Notes: generated from the letters alone by a model not told the origin. Shown: positions 1 through 13,700, numbered from the stretch's first letter. The stretch: 64,000 nt of DNA from Acanthaster planci (GCF_001949145.1 NW_019091360.1:3825816-3889815); one strand, 5' to 3'. Numbers and translations: made by a program.

Positions 1-2371
1 CTGCTTGCTTGTAGGTAGTACGGCGCCTTGATCAAACGAATAACACTTTTGGTGTGAGGTTTACCGAGTTCTGTGCGTCTTTTTGTAATTACATTTCCCT
101 GATAACATTTATCAAGTAGGCAGGAATGTTTACTTCGGGAAGTTACATCAGGGAAGGGGGGAAGACACAGAGATCTCCCATCAAGAAAACTAAGGAAGAG
201 TACTGTCCATTCAGACATTCCAACGGGTACTGTACATCTGAATAAACCACCTAATCAAGACTTGTTTGTGGCAAAGCCGTGTTTATGCACGATCTGAGTT
301 TACCCCTCAGTCCTGCCTCGAGACATTCCACCGCACCAATATGTCACTGAAAAGTGACATCTTAAAAGTCAAATGGTGAGATTCATTCTAGCCTGTATTT
401 TCGTCAGCTCCTAGAGGTAAATTTGAAACAGTAAACTTTCAGGTGTCTCATTGGTTCCAAAATGGAACACTTCTGTTGCATGGCACTTGATGTGCAGTAG
501 ATGAATTGTAGTCGGACACACGAGTAGATGCAGTTGCCGACTCGAGATTTTCCTAACCCATGCCACCGATGTTATTCCTACCTACAGTAACCCGTCGCTA
601 TTGAATTGTTCCACCCTGGGTTCCCAAACTTTGCAGGGGGAATGTTGTCCGTGCAGGATTTAACTCTTGAATAAGAGAAATAATCTGATGTAGGTCAGTC
701 AACTCACTCAACAAAAGTCTCCCTGAAGGATTACCGGGGAATCGTCTGTGCAAAGGTGCTATGAGAGGGCGTCTGCTGGGTAGAATCGTCGAGAGAGCAA
801 GGCACTATGATGAGAGGGCGTCTGGCCAGAAAAACATGGAGAAGGTCCGATGGCTGATCTGATTGGCTAATTGTCCCATTCTCGATCATCAACACAAAAG
901 ACTTTGACTAAAATGCAAACACCATTCTTTTCCTGGCCGATAAATACCAGCTAATGACCTATTAGTTGTTGAAAATTCTATTGAACTTCATGTCAATCAA
1001 GTGTCCTTGTTCCCAGACTCCTAGCAGTCGACACTGGAAAGCAAATACACGGTCGTTGCACTCAAGGGTTCCTGCCCATAGGGATTTTGAGGAATAAGCG
1101 ACGGTGTTCTGTGAGCTCTCCCAGTATAAGTTGTGCAGCTTTGTTCAAAATTGGATCTCCTGGCGACTCTTCTTTTTTGTTGTTGTCGTGTTTGCCAAAG
1201 GTTTTGGCCCAGCACAAAGGCACTCATTGACGAAGTCAGATGGTGTTGGTGAGCATTGTTTCGTTATGAGGTAGCCTCACTTGCACGTCTTCTCAGAAGA
1301 TCTTCCGAGGAGTGAGAAAGACAGCACAAGAGACCACTGCTGTGAGATGAGATCTTGGAGGACAGTTTTGCTTCTAGGGCAAGGCAGTACAATGTCCGTG
1401 ATCTGAGAAAAAATGACGTCATCAGCTCTTGGAAAACTGCTTTGGCGTAGTGATTGAAATGAAAGGGGTCACTTGCGCGGGTAACACTGAACAATCGCGC
1501 GCCTTGTTGTATTGGAACCATCAAACCTTGAATAAAATCGCGGGATCAAAGAATGTAAAAAGCAGAGGTTTGAAATCAGGTCATTGGAGATTGTTCCTGC
1601 TGTAGACTGCCAGTCTCACAGCGACTTCACAAAGACAACCTACCTGCAACGTTCTCATTTTACTCAGTGACATTTTGCACCATGGAGGCCAAGAATCCCC
1701 AACCCCAGAAGAGTAGAACTTTGTTTTCACGGGTAAGTTGCCAGCTTGTACTATTACCTCAATTCCCTCATTTGGTATGATCACCCTCGGGTAACAGTTA
1801 TGAACTAGTTATTGAGATAATGTTTCAGGTAATTAAGCAGCGACATTGCAAAGGCACCAAGGTTTCGCCGTAAAACAGTTGTGTCGTCATGTTATGCAGG
1901 TACAAAGTTGTTCCATATTTGATTAAATTATCATGTAATGTTTCCTTTGTTTCTCTCGCTGCTTTTCTGCAGAAGAATTTTTCTCACAAAATGTCACTGT
2001 TATCAGGAAACTGTGCGCCTCGGACGAAATGAAGAAATTCTGTGGAAATTCACAGTTTACTTATTTTTATCAAATGTACACTAGCCTTCCTTGCAGATAT
2101 TTTTGCAAAAGTCGATGTGAGACACCAATGTTGGACATTGCCAAATCGCCTTTTTCAACCATTTCACTCTAAACCCCTGATAGATGTTACTAGTGATGTC
2201 AGAATCATTTTTACCAAGCATGGCGTAGGATAAGTCCCCCAAAATGAGTGGACGCCCACGTTGACTTCTAAGGAATGCTTCAGAGACAAAAGATTTATCC
2301 TATTGGTTCGCCGTGAAATTCAACTTCAGTTGTAGACTCAAGTTCAGTTGGGCAGTAGTTAGCTCTTCCAT

Positions 2372-2611
2372 GGCCCTTTTCCAATACTCGACTTGGGCTC
2401 CGTCTCAGGCTTCGTTCCCAAAACCAATCCCCGATTGTGGGCCTGAAGCGTTTAAATTAAATTGGATTACTGTAATTTCTGGCTCTCTTGCATCTTACTT
2501 GATGTTTTGTGGCACTATTAAACTAATTACTGCGTTTACAGCTTCAAAGTCAGCTAGTTAAAAACAGTTGCAGCCTGAGACGGAGCCGAAGTTGAGTATT
2601 GGAAAACGGCC
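2372..2611. mobile_element. MITE-like element with 40-bp terminal inverted repeats
   Basis: 2372-2411 GGCCCTTTTCCAATACTCGACTTGGGCTCCGTCTCAGGCT matches the reverse complement of 2572-2611 with 3 mismatches; AT-rich non-coding interior. Confidence 0.75.
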
Positions 2612-5600
2612 CAAGCTAGTTCACGAGAGAGACTCCTCTGGGTTTCCATTCTTGGACCATTGTATCAATTGAGTGATGGATGTGTGTTTAGGAACCAAAT
2701 CCTGTGAGGATGATGTGGAACTGGTTGGAGCTGAGAATTAGCCTGAACACAGGATCAAGAATCGCTAAAACAGAATAACTGAAGCACTATGCTGACAACT
2801 TTTCAAGTCATTTTCCCTTGATTTTTGTTCTGAACAATAACCAGCACGGTGTATTATAGTCATTTTCTGGAGCCGTTCCAACATTGTCGTGCTTTATACA
2901 GAGTTGTCTTGATCATTTCTTTCGGAATATAAACTGTTCCAGTGTAAATCAATTCTACGTGACGGAAGCGGGTGTCATCCATTTGTAATTCATTGGGGGA
3001 ATACACCGCCTTCTGTCGGCACAGAAGTAGCATATAGTGATGCGTGACGGTAGAAATCCACAGAATAAATAAGCAGATCCATCTTGATAGTGTTACCCCG
3101 AATGAGAGTAGGCATGGAAAGTATTGTTTACCCACGAAACAAGAATATGCGTCGGCTTGTGAGGACAGCACGAATGCACAACGAAGCCCAAGAACTAACA
3201 GAAATCATGGCTGTTATTTACCCGTCAGCAAGCATACATCATGGGAGGCAAAAGAAGAGTCAACGGAGAGGATGTAAAGAAAAGGTGCTTGCCCAGGGGC
3301 AAGAAGATGCAAAGGTCTGGTGTCTTGACGGCTGTATTGCATTGGCATTGTTACAGTTCCCCCCCCCATGTCTTTTTTTTCTGTTGTGAGTGACTTGTAC
3401 ATTATGATATAATGTCTCTTTTGAGAAGGTGTCTCCTTATGGCGTCAGGGAAGGGATGGATGGGATTCTTTGCATCATTCCCCCCCCCACATTAAAAAAG
3501 AGAGCATATGCAGATATGCAAGCTCCTACCGTCCATTGCAAAGAATAGAGACCCAAACCTGGAACACTTTTGCGTTTTCGTGGGGCAGCCAGTGCCGCTC
3601 CCACATCGACTTCGGGATGTTACAGACGATTGAACACACACCGTCTCAAGTAATTGCATGATACCGGTATGAAATGAATTGATATGATATGTTTCTTCTT
3701 GTCGCTGATTCTAAGATTTGTGCTTCGAATTTCAAATTTCAAGCTTGGTTTTGCTTATTTTGTATCCTAAATAGTTGAGAAGGGACTTCAAAGCCGAAAG
3801 ACAGACCGAACAGAGAAACTGTCCTGTATTACTGCACACATTGTTATAACTACAGTGTACATTGTAATACTCGCGTAAGCGGGACGACTGGGTAACAGCC
3901 CGCCCCTGTAGTGGAGCAGAGGCCCGTACCTGTCTTGTGCTCGTCTCCAAGATTATGGAGAAATGGGGAGCTTTGCCAAGTCGTGTTTTTTCCCTGAAAA
4001 TGATTGCCCCAGTCACCATTCCTTGCAAAAACGCCCCTGGGACCGATTAATCATACACTCTTCATTTGACATCAACACTTCGACAGCAGACATTATAAAG
4101 ATGTTAGCGGAAACCGGTGAATGATTTGAAAACAGATAACCCAGTCTTCTAGGAAACGTTTTGCTTTATCCGATGTTCTGAAATTCTTGTTGATGTCGGG
4201 TTTAGCTGACCACTCTCATCGGCTCACTCAGGCGTGCGCACTCCCCCTTGCTTTGCCTCCCCAAGGCCTTCGTGGTTACTGACTTCAGTGAAATTTTTCC
4301 CGTTTCAGCGAAATGTTGTTTTTCGCTTCAGTCTCACAAACGCTCCATAATGTGATGTTTATCGGAGCACAGCGCTGAGTCTTTTACTCCATCATTCTTT
4401 GTCTAGTCTTTACCCAAATAAACAAATTTCCCCCGCAGGAGAAATATTTAGTTCCGCTCATTTTGGCTTTCTATTTGTGCTGGCGCTCTGAAAGTGATTT
4501 ACTGTTCTTGCAAATCTGGACACAATTAGCGAGCAATAAATTATCTTAGTATAGCGGAAAGCGTTCTGAATTTGTGAAGGGTTGAGTCTAAAAAAGGACC
4601 TGGTCTACACGGGCTGACCTGTCATCGTGACAAATCGATTCCATCCCAACCGTTTTGCTCGGATGGATTTTGAAAAAAAAAGGGAATAAAATATGGCAGT
4701 CTTTGTTCGTGTGCGAGGTCAAGTCCGTCGTGTGTGGAATTTTGGGTTGATCATGTTCATAACGGTCACAACTGAACGATCTGTTCACTGCAGTCTGTAC
4801 TGGTAAGAGCTTTTCTTAAATGATTCCGAGTTTTATTGCATGTCGATAGACTTGTTTAAGCATTTTACAATATCATTAAAGCTTCAAAACGTGCACCATA
4901 TCAAGTACTGTACGTGCTGTGAGTTCGGTTTCCTTACCGAGTAGTGTTGATGTATGCAATACTCATGTAGCCCTCTGTTTTCTCCATCCGAATTTCTGTC
5001 TTTAACCCCGACGTCATTATGTGTATTTTAAACGGGGACGGGCTCGTACATACCCTCCCCCGTGCCCTCAATTAATCCTCTATCTCCACGTCTCCGTGGT
5101 GTGAAACTCAGAATAGGGAAGTGATTCGACCCGCGTTAGCCACGGAATGTGCCGGTTAGCTTTGAAGTTTCTTGTCTGGATTTGTCAGAGCGGCGCTTCC
5201 CTCCTGTATTGTTTGGTTTAAACTATTAAGGATCGCAGAATTCGTGCCTTTTTGGCCGACTATCGGGGCCGGCTTTTTGTCGTTTTTCTTTAATACTTTG
5301 ACCTCCGTTTTGGAGCACATATAAGGGGGGCAATTTGCTCTTACTTAGGTCGTTTTGTGACTCGAAAGTACGGAGATTATCTAGACCACAGACCTTGCCA
5401 TTGTTGTGGTGCCGAGCTATAAAGTGTAATATTTTCCCGCCGCCAGATTGTGTTTCTGTTTGATTTGAGTCATGATAAAGCTAGTGCCGTTCAGTCTACG
5501 TTAAAGGAAGTAATGAAAATTTTGCACAACGTTGGAATTTATACTATGTTGAAGCCACTTTTAAATAGTGAATCCTGAATTCTAGTGTCTTACATACTTT

Positions 5601-5859
5601 TCACAAATCACCGGGAAATACTCAAACCTTCTGAATTTTGACTTAATTTTGTCATATCAGTGTTTGAAATATGCTGTTACAGTTAGGTTTATATACCTTA
5701 ATCTCCTCAAAATTTGCATTATAGTAACGCTTGTTTGTGAGCATTGCCAGGAATTTCGGTGGGGGGCTGTCAAAAGGCATTAAACCAGCTGTTGACAGTT
5801 GACTAGGGAGGGGCTGGTCGTTATGCTTTGGGCGCTGTATACAAATTGTAGGCTATGCG

Positions 5860-5980
5860 ATAAACATGCCCCTTAGGATGCCAGTGCCTGTGTCGTGGGT
5901 TCGAGTCCCACTTGATGAAAATCTGTGAGGTCTGAGCAGTGATCGGCACAAACTTATCAATGGGTTGTTATTATTATCAA
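5860..5980 (+). mobile_element. Possible degenerate tRNA-derived SINE fragment
   Basis: B-box/T-arm GTGGGTTCGAGTCCCAC at 5895-5911, with a (TTA)n-like tail near 5968-5978; no full cloverleaf. Confidence 0.3.
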
Positions 5981-6817
5981 ATTAGAGGAGGATTATTCCA
6001 GGACCTACGTGGCATTTGTGGCGTCGGAAAATGGGCGTTGTATGCTTATCCGAAAAATGAAGAGGGTTTGCCAGAAAAAGGAAAACATTGCATGAAGATC
6101 TGTCCATGGCATCGTAATACTTTTTATTTGTTGATGATATCCTTGAAGCCTTTTATCATTTTTGGAAAAAACTGTTAAAGACTTCGACTGTTACTCTTAC
6201 AAGTGAGAATAGTTCTGTAACATCCCTGGCGTCAGAAAGTGTGTGGTGAGAAAAGTCATTGAGAGTTTTGTCGTGGTTTTTGGAACGAGTTAAAAAAAAA
6301 TCTGCCGCCTCTATTGTTCGTGTCAACGCCTCCCGTCTGCAAGGCGATACGACCACACCGAATCTTGTATTATCAGTCGTGGTTGAGCCCAGTGGCCCCT
6401 TTTAGAAACTAGATAGCCTTTGTACACACTTGCTAATTGTACTGTTGCAGTAGTGCTTGGCGTGGGGATATTTACATATACCTGCCGTTCTCTCGGCAGT
6501 AATGTTAAACCTATTGTGTGTACCGGTTGACCAAGGATGCATACCACAACACAGGGCGAACATGGTGGTGGAGTTGTGGCGTAGCGTGCTGTGTGGGAAA
6601 CTGGAGGAATAACCAATGCTAGTAATCCTCTTGACCGAAACCCCCTCGGCCTATAAATCCCCAAATTAGTTTCTCCCCCCGGGCAGCTCCTGCCTTTTCC
6701 CATTATTGCCTGCCGTCCGTGTAAGTCTTCCTCAAGAAAATGGTTCGTAACAGTTATGTATTCAGTGTCCCGTTCACGCCTCAGATTTAGCTGTATTCTT
6801 GAATTCTCTCCCTACAG

Positions 6818-7751
6818 AAAACGGCAACTGCAGTGAGAGCTATCGGGCGTATGACAGCATTGAGGCTTTTCAGTAACCACAAAAAGACGACTGGACAAGA
6901 TCCCTTGGCAAGTAACGATTCAGCTTCTCTGGCAGAGTTGCTGAAGGCAAAGCGAGAGGAAGACGCCTTAAGACTAGCGCAGGAAGCATACCAGCAGATC
7001 GAACCAACGCCTGGTGACGGTTCAAATATCGATTTGAACGATCGGAATGAGGCTGTAGAGCGCCAGTCGTCCAGCGATATAATAGTGCAAGCACAACCCT
7101 TGGAAAGTTATCAAATAGACGAGTTGCCTCCCCGCAGAGCTATTGATACCGATACAGGTGGGGTAGGAGATAACGCGGATGAGTCGACACCGACCGTCAC
7201 CCGCCAGATCACTGCACGGGACACGCTGACTGCTGACACTGAAGCACCCTTCTCAAACTACGCCAGCGATCTGACCAGTTCAGACCGCACTTCGGACTTG
7301 GCTGAGAACGATCGAGCTTCTGATCACGGTCTAGCTGATTTCAACAGTCACACTTCGGACTCGGAGGACATGAATATCGACGTGGATAATCCGGCCAGAG
7401 AAGTGACCGATGCTGCCACCACAATCCAGGCCGTGTATCGGGGCCACAGGACCCGTAAGAGAACTTATCAACACCCGGCAATTCACCAAGACCTCCGCGA
7501 TTGTGAGGTCTTTGAAGGCAGTGCCGCGCGCTTTGACTGCCGGATCTCGGGCTTCCCTGAACCGCAGGTGTACTGGTACAAAGACGGGAGGGAGATCAAG
7601 GAAAGCCGCCACTTCAGGATAGAATTCGAAGGAGAGGATCTTTGCTCGTTGATTATTCGGGAGGCGGGGCCTGATGATGAGGGGGTGTATAAGTGTGAGG
7701 CGAGGAATCCTGCGGGAGTTGCCTGCAGCGAGGCTGAACTCCTTGTAGAAG
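6818..7751 (+). CDS. MYLK: Exon: second half of an MLCK CaM-binding motif (KTATAVRAIGRM), acidic linker, IQ motif, telokin-like Ig
   Basis: Acceptor ctctccctacag|AAA; donor GAAG|gtaagg; Ig contains VFEGSAARFDC, W, ESRHF, DEGVYKC. Confidence 0.9.
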
Positions 7752-10700
7752 GTAAGGCAGTTTCTGTCATCTCTGATTGATATGGATTATGGTTACTTAG
7801 TTGTTTACTTAATTGATAAAACTGCTCGCCTTTACCCCAACAAGATGTGTCCACCCAGAAAAAGACTAAAATAAAGCAAGTATATGCTCCTCTGTATTCT
7901 GAATAAGGAAATTCACATTGAATACCCTCAAAACTGGGGGGTCCGACGTCCGCCATCGAACCCCATAGTTCTGGGGTGAATGAAGTCCATTATCTTAACC
8001 CCCTCTCTGGTGACAAATTTGACAGCCACGCGTTTGGTGTTCTTCCAGAGGCTGCACTGACTTCTTGTGACTAAAGAAAACCGCAGAAACCCTTTGAGTG
8101 AGCTACAATCAGTAAAATAAACTTCTGGCTTCCTAATCACCCCCCTGACAGCTTCCAGACACTAATCCTGCAGGCTGAAGACTTTTAGAGAGTACTGAAC
8201 AAAATTAGAACAAATTTTGTCCTTGAAAGCAACACTTAAAGACAGGACCGTTTTACTCCTTTGTGTTTCCCCTGTTCTCGTTTTGGGGTTTTCGCAGCAT
8301 CTATATACCTGAACATTAAAAATATACGCCCATCTGACTTTCAATCAAAATGGCGAAAGATTTGTATGTATTATTACGCCTGTTGAATGATTTACAGTTC
8401 TGACATTTGCGTTCTGTTACACCTTCCCTACCGCAAACATTTACATACAGGTTGTAAAACAGTGTACCGCTGGCTTTGTGAATTCTGTGTTTACTGCACT
8501 TGGCTGAAAACAATTGATCATAAAATGCCTGCGCTATCTAACTCCGAGTAAACAACTTGATGCCCGTGGTGTGGCTTATGGTAGCCACGGTTCCCAGAGT
8601 CTTGCAACAGCTAGGTATTGTTCGTCCAGTGATGGCATACACACACACGGTGCCAGAAATCAATACGCGAGGTTGCACAACAATGGTGCCAAGACACTCC
8701 AGCGTCCCCCCTTGTAGCATCGCTCAAGTTGACTTAATTGGGAAGGAAATTGGAGGTGGCATGTTGATCTAGTCAGGTGTCCCCATGAAACACGTGTACG
8801 TCTCGTGTTGACAATGGAAAACCCTATTTTGCTAACGACACTTTCAGCTTCTCGTCGTTTACTCGAAAGAGCTCGCGCCAGATCGGCCGGTTCTTGCAGC
8901 AAATAAGATAAAGAACACGCCGACATTCCTGCGGCATTTTGCAGGTTTTGTCGTGTATGCCAAGCACCTTAACAGCCACAATTCCTGACGGTGGAAAACA
9001 AGGGAAAATGCCTACTTAGTCTGCTTTGAAGCTTTCCCGGCATTTTTTTCTTCCTGAAATCAATTCTCCGCATGGGTTTCTTGGCTGTAGGTGGTTGATG
9101 AATGCTGAAGTGACGTTTGTCTGGCTATGTTCTATCCTTTCAAATCTTACATGAAAAGATGCTAGCTGGGCAATCGTTCTTTTTTGACAGAAGTGGTAAC
9201 CTCAAGGACCTCTTATCACCCTCAAAGAGTCCAAACCTGTGCCTTCTTGTCGACGTTCCAGACAAAAAGTCGGCACTGTAGTTGGCCATTACGATGGTGG
9301 TGACACAGCGTCTGAACCTCGCAGAAAATATCAGCCTTAATTCATGTTCTATTTTTTTTCTTTAAGAATATCAGAATTGCAATTCCAGAAAACCCGAACG
9401 ACCGTTCTGCATAGTTGCTTTTCGTTGGATGAGTTGGTTTGACTTCTATAATAACGTGTCACTTTGTAATTCCCAGGAAACTTTAAGGCTCACTCATAGG
9501 ATAGGCCTACAGTGTCTCGTATAACGAATCGTCTTCGCACTGTGTTACTCGGGACTTCTCTTCTACCAAGGAAAGTCTTTCCTTTCCAAACCGTTTTATT
9601 GCAAGGTGAATATCTGACTATTGACATGAATCAACTCCGAATCAGGCGTACCATACGACAACTTTCGTTTCGTAAACTCCCTATAATGCGCCTGTGCAAG
9701 GTCACACCCCGCGTATTGAAGTGCGCCCTCTGCTGGCTAGAGCTTCTAAGCTTTGTGGCCGCAGAATGGCCTTGCGGAGGTCAAAGAGTACGTTCCGGTT
9801 GGGATTGACCCACTTGTCACCAGTGATCGATTGAAGGTTTAACGTACAGGTGTGCGATCACATCGCAACTTTATCTCGCATAATCTCGTATTATCTTGAA
9901 TGGAATGCGGTCTTTGATAATTACCCTGCCAGTAAATATCGGTGAATAATCAATCGACTTTAGACCAGTTAAAAATTTAACTGTTGCAGGAAGAATACTA
10001 TTCAGATATAATCTTATTTGTTGTTGTCCTAGCTTGTTACATTGAGCCGCTGGCAAATACAGTACTGACCAAAAAAATAAAAGTATGAAATCTGATCGTT
10101 CACTTCAGTAGCTCACAAACTAATCGGACAAGTCCTTGGGGAAACGATGCAGTTTTGCTTCCGTAGTAACACCGAGAAGTAGTTGAGTTACCGATTCATT
10201 AAGCCACACGACAAAAGTGTGATTGAATTTACTCAAACAAATGCAACTGAACCCTAGTTTGGAGTGAATAACTATTAGCCTTTGCCTGGTTAGAAAATAA
10301 ACAACGATAGAGTTCAACACCGAAGTGTTTCCGGAATTAGTGCAGGTTTCAATTTCACAAATTTGAGCACTTTGCGTAAACAGTACATACGAACTTTCGA
10401 CAGTTTACACCTGAGCCTTCAAAACTTTGAAGTTTTGTGTCACATTACATTATATTTTATTCGTACACAGATGCCAATTTTGTAGTTTGGTGGAAAAATT
10501 TACCCATTGCTTAAAGTGTGACTGCATGAAATTTTCCTCAGACACACTTTTTCAACAACTTTGTGGTACTCATCTTCAATGTATGAAAACTCTTAACATT
10601 TCTATATGGCGAAATTAAGTAAAGAATGTTCTTTCAGTGCACTGGTTCTTCTGTTCAAATTGTGAGTTCGGAATTTATATACTCGCTGAAAAAAATCGGA

Positions 10701-13700
10701 GACAGGTATTGGTGTTTGCTTATTGCTATGCTCATAAATAAAAATGGGTCAGCAGAGAAAATCTAGTTAAAAAAATCTACCATGATGATGCAAGATTTTT
10801 TTTATGTACAAACCAATGTAACATTGAGACTTTTTACCTGGGTGACATCACAGTTTTGCTCATAAATATGGAAAAACTTGTTACCATGACAACCAAGGGG
10901 CAGTAAAATATCTTTTTAAATAATGAAATAAAAGTTGAAAATAAAGTTAACCGATACACAGAGGTGCATTTTGAAGGTTTGTATTGAAACAAATTGATTG
11001 CAGCTACCCTTTAAAGTATAGTGTGACCAATGCGATAATAAATAGACTGCTTTCCAGACCTTTCACACATTTAAATCACTTTCCTTGTAGTATTCACTTT
11101 CTTCACCGGGATCAGGTCATGTCATTCATTGTCTTGTTAACGTCGCTCTCAGAACATTCAGAAATCAGGCAGTTAATGACCCTTAGCAAGGGCTAGAACG
11201 TTATTATTTCCTTGTCTTAGTTTTTTCGCTACATTTTTTGTTGCTCGTCCTTCATTTCAGAGAACTCATGGTCTTTTTTGGCAGAGTGACAGCCTCTTGA
11301 CTTCTCACCTAGACCAAACAGTTTAACAAACTGGAGGTCACAGTCGTCCTCGAAATGGAAAAACAAATTCCGCGGCAGGTCATCTTGATGGCTCTACCGG
11401 ATGGGGTCTTAGTCTGGGCATCAGACGAGAGTTGCCCGCGATCGAGGTCAAATCACAGCGGCTGCCAAACACGGACCACAATACACCGTAGAGGTCCCCT
11501 CAAACTGGTTCCCTACCCCCTTCTGAGTTGCACGAGACGACTAGGCTGGTCCTCAGCGACTGCATGAAATATTCAGCATGTGATTGCTCTCCTCATTCGC
11601 TAATGTTGTGACATTTTCATTGTTCTCTACTCAGTTCTTGGAGGAGACGGATTTGGCGAGGAGGATCGGGCTCCTTCTGAACAGAGGTATGTCGATTTGT
11701 CGATGTTTTTACTTAACCGCCGCCAACGTCAGCGTCAATTGGTGGACATTAAACTCATTTGTAGTGTAGTATTATCAAGTTCCCATTAACAGAAATTAAA
11801 CAACACTTTATTGCACCTGATGTAAAAGAAATGTATTATAGGCCTATTTGTCCACTTATTCTCTCCGTTACCATGCAAAGGTGGACTAGTAACACTGCAT
11901 CCCGTATTCTGGGATCAGTTTGAGTTTCATCAGTTACTCGGTATTTGACTGATGCCGATTAATTTAATGGAAACCCGACCTAAAAATAGGTTTCATGAGA
12001 GCAAGACCATGGAGGTGGTTAGACGTAAGGAGTCTCGGTGGCAGTGGGCGCTCCCAGAACCCGCAGATGCGTGTGGGCTTATTTTTGAAGTGGGGGAAAA
12101 CAACAAATTAACCCAGCTTAGCCATTCAAAAACAGCCCCTGAATCTTTAAAGTCAACTACTATCTTGCACGAAGGCCGGCCATTTTATATTTTCCTCGGG
12201 AAGTAAACACGGGGTCCAATGAAGGGGGACTGCCATTGGCATCAGAGAACCCCAGAGTTCATTATTCAACATGAATTCTTGCTGGACTGAAACAAAAACG
12301 GATTGAAGCCAGAAACACCTTGGAAGTTGGGGGGGTTCTATTCCGCTTAAGATGTGGTCGTGGTTATTTTCAACTTTGAAGAGAGACACTGAGCGAAAGG
12401 GGGGGACGTTTCAGGGAATCGAAGATCTTTAGAAGTTGAAAATTGTCGCCTGAGGGCAGCTTGTCATCAAGTGGGTTTTAACGACCCGAGTTAAGTGGTT
12501 TGATTTGAGGACGGATTTCATCCCCAATTATCGGTTGACTGTTAAAGCTGCCCTTAATCACTTAACAATGAACTCGTAATCCACTCTGCTTGTTCCTGTA
12601 AGTTGCTGAAAGCTCATGTCTTATTTAGTAGTTATATTGATGCTAGTTGTTGCTGAAGCGTGTTGTTTCGATGTTTGTAGGCCTGTTGGTCCACAGATTT
12701 ACTTGATAGACAGGCACGAGAACACCCAAAGCTTTTACAAGACATATTTCTCCTAGTTGATGTTTTAATTCCAGCGATTTGAATTCTAGAATTCCTTCCA
12801 AATTCCATTGATTGTCTTTTGTTCAGGATGCTCCAACCGAGCATTCAAATTCCTTCAACGCATAACAGTCTTGTTCAAATCCAACGCTCTTCCTGTATAG
12901 AAAAGTTGCATATTTTCCCTTTTTACCAAAATGATCATACGAGATAATAATGGCTGCATTGGCTTGAAAGGGGGTACTTTTCTGACGAGGGAATGTAATA
13001 TGATAACACAAGGCGCGTCATAAAATTGATCCGATAGCTTACCAGGGACATCACATGTTGCACTCGTTCCAGCATCGGTTTGGATGTGTATGAGGAATGA
13101 TTTATGTGAAATTTTGTCTGTACAAAGGTTAGCCTGTTCTTTCTGTTTCTGTTTGTCTGGGTGTGTAGGTATCAGTGTTTAAATTTCCAGTGGTAAAATT
13201 GAGTATTCTGGTTCATGTTTCATCAAGGTCAGTTTTGTCGTTTTTTGCTTTTGTTTCAGAAAATGAGAGAAAAAAGAGATTAAAAGGGATGAAACGCACC
13301 GATTTGCTTAAAAACTAACAAACTAACAAAACAAAACAGTGTCCCCTCCCACTGTTAATTATTTACCTTTTTAAGCTGATAACTCGCTTTGCCACCCCAA
13401 GAACTTCCCTCCCCAGGAAGAAGTGGTTTCCCCCCACGAAGAAGTCTTGGCAACGTCCATTAAATGCTCTTTTTTATGTATTTCTGTAGGCATATTCAAT
13501 ATTTTTGCCAATTAGGCCTATAATATTTCATACAAAAGCCTATTTTCACTGCCAAATTTGTGACACTGCGAGGCCAGTTAAGGCTTTTTGTTATTCTGAT
13601 TTTGATCTCTCTGGACATTCCACAACCTCTCCTGATCCTGGCTCAGCATTCCTAAGGTTATCCATGGGGGGGGGTACATGAAACTCTTTGCAAAATTGTT

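Noticed and set aside
759..826. Direct repeat ATGAGAGGGCGTCTG (two copies) considered as CRISPR-like
   Set aside because: Only two short copies in a eukaryotic context; a local duplication.
1..4000. Short ORFs on both strands; searched for an upstream kinase or RRxWQ exon
   Set aside because: No kinase, Ig or transposase motifs and no convincing splice-bounded exon found by eye.
5895..5911. tRNA gene
   Set aside because: Only a T-arm/B-box is present; no acceptor stem, D-arm or anticodon arm could be folded.
5741..13458. Similar G/C-run motifs at 5741-5767 and, inverted, at 13430-13458 as ends of one large element
   Set aside because: Similarity is short and imperfect and the interval contains host exons; more likely independent fragments of a dispersed repeat.
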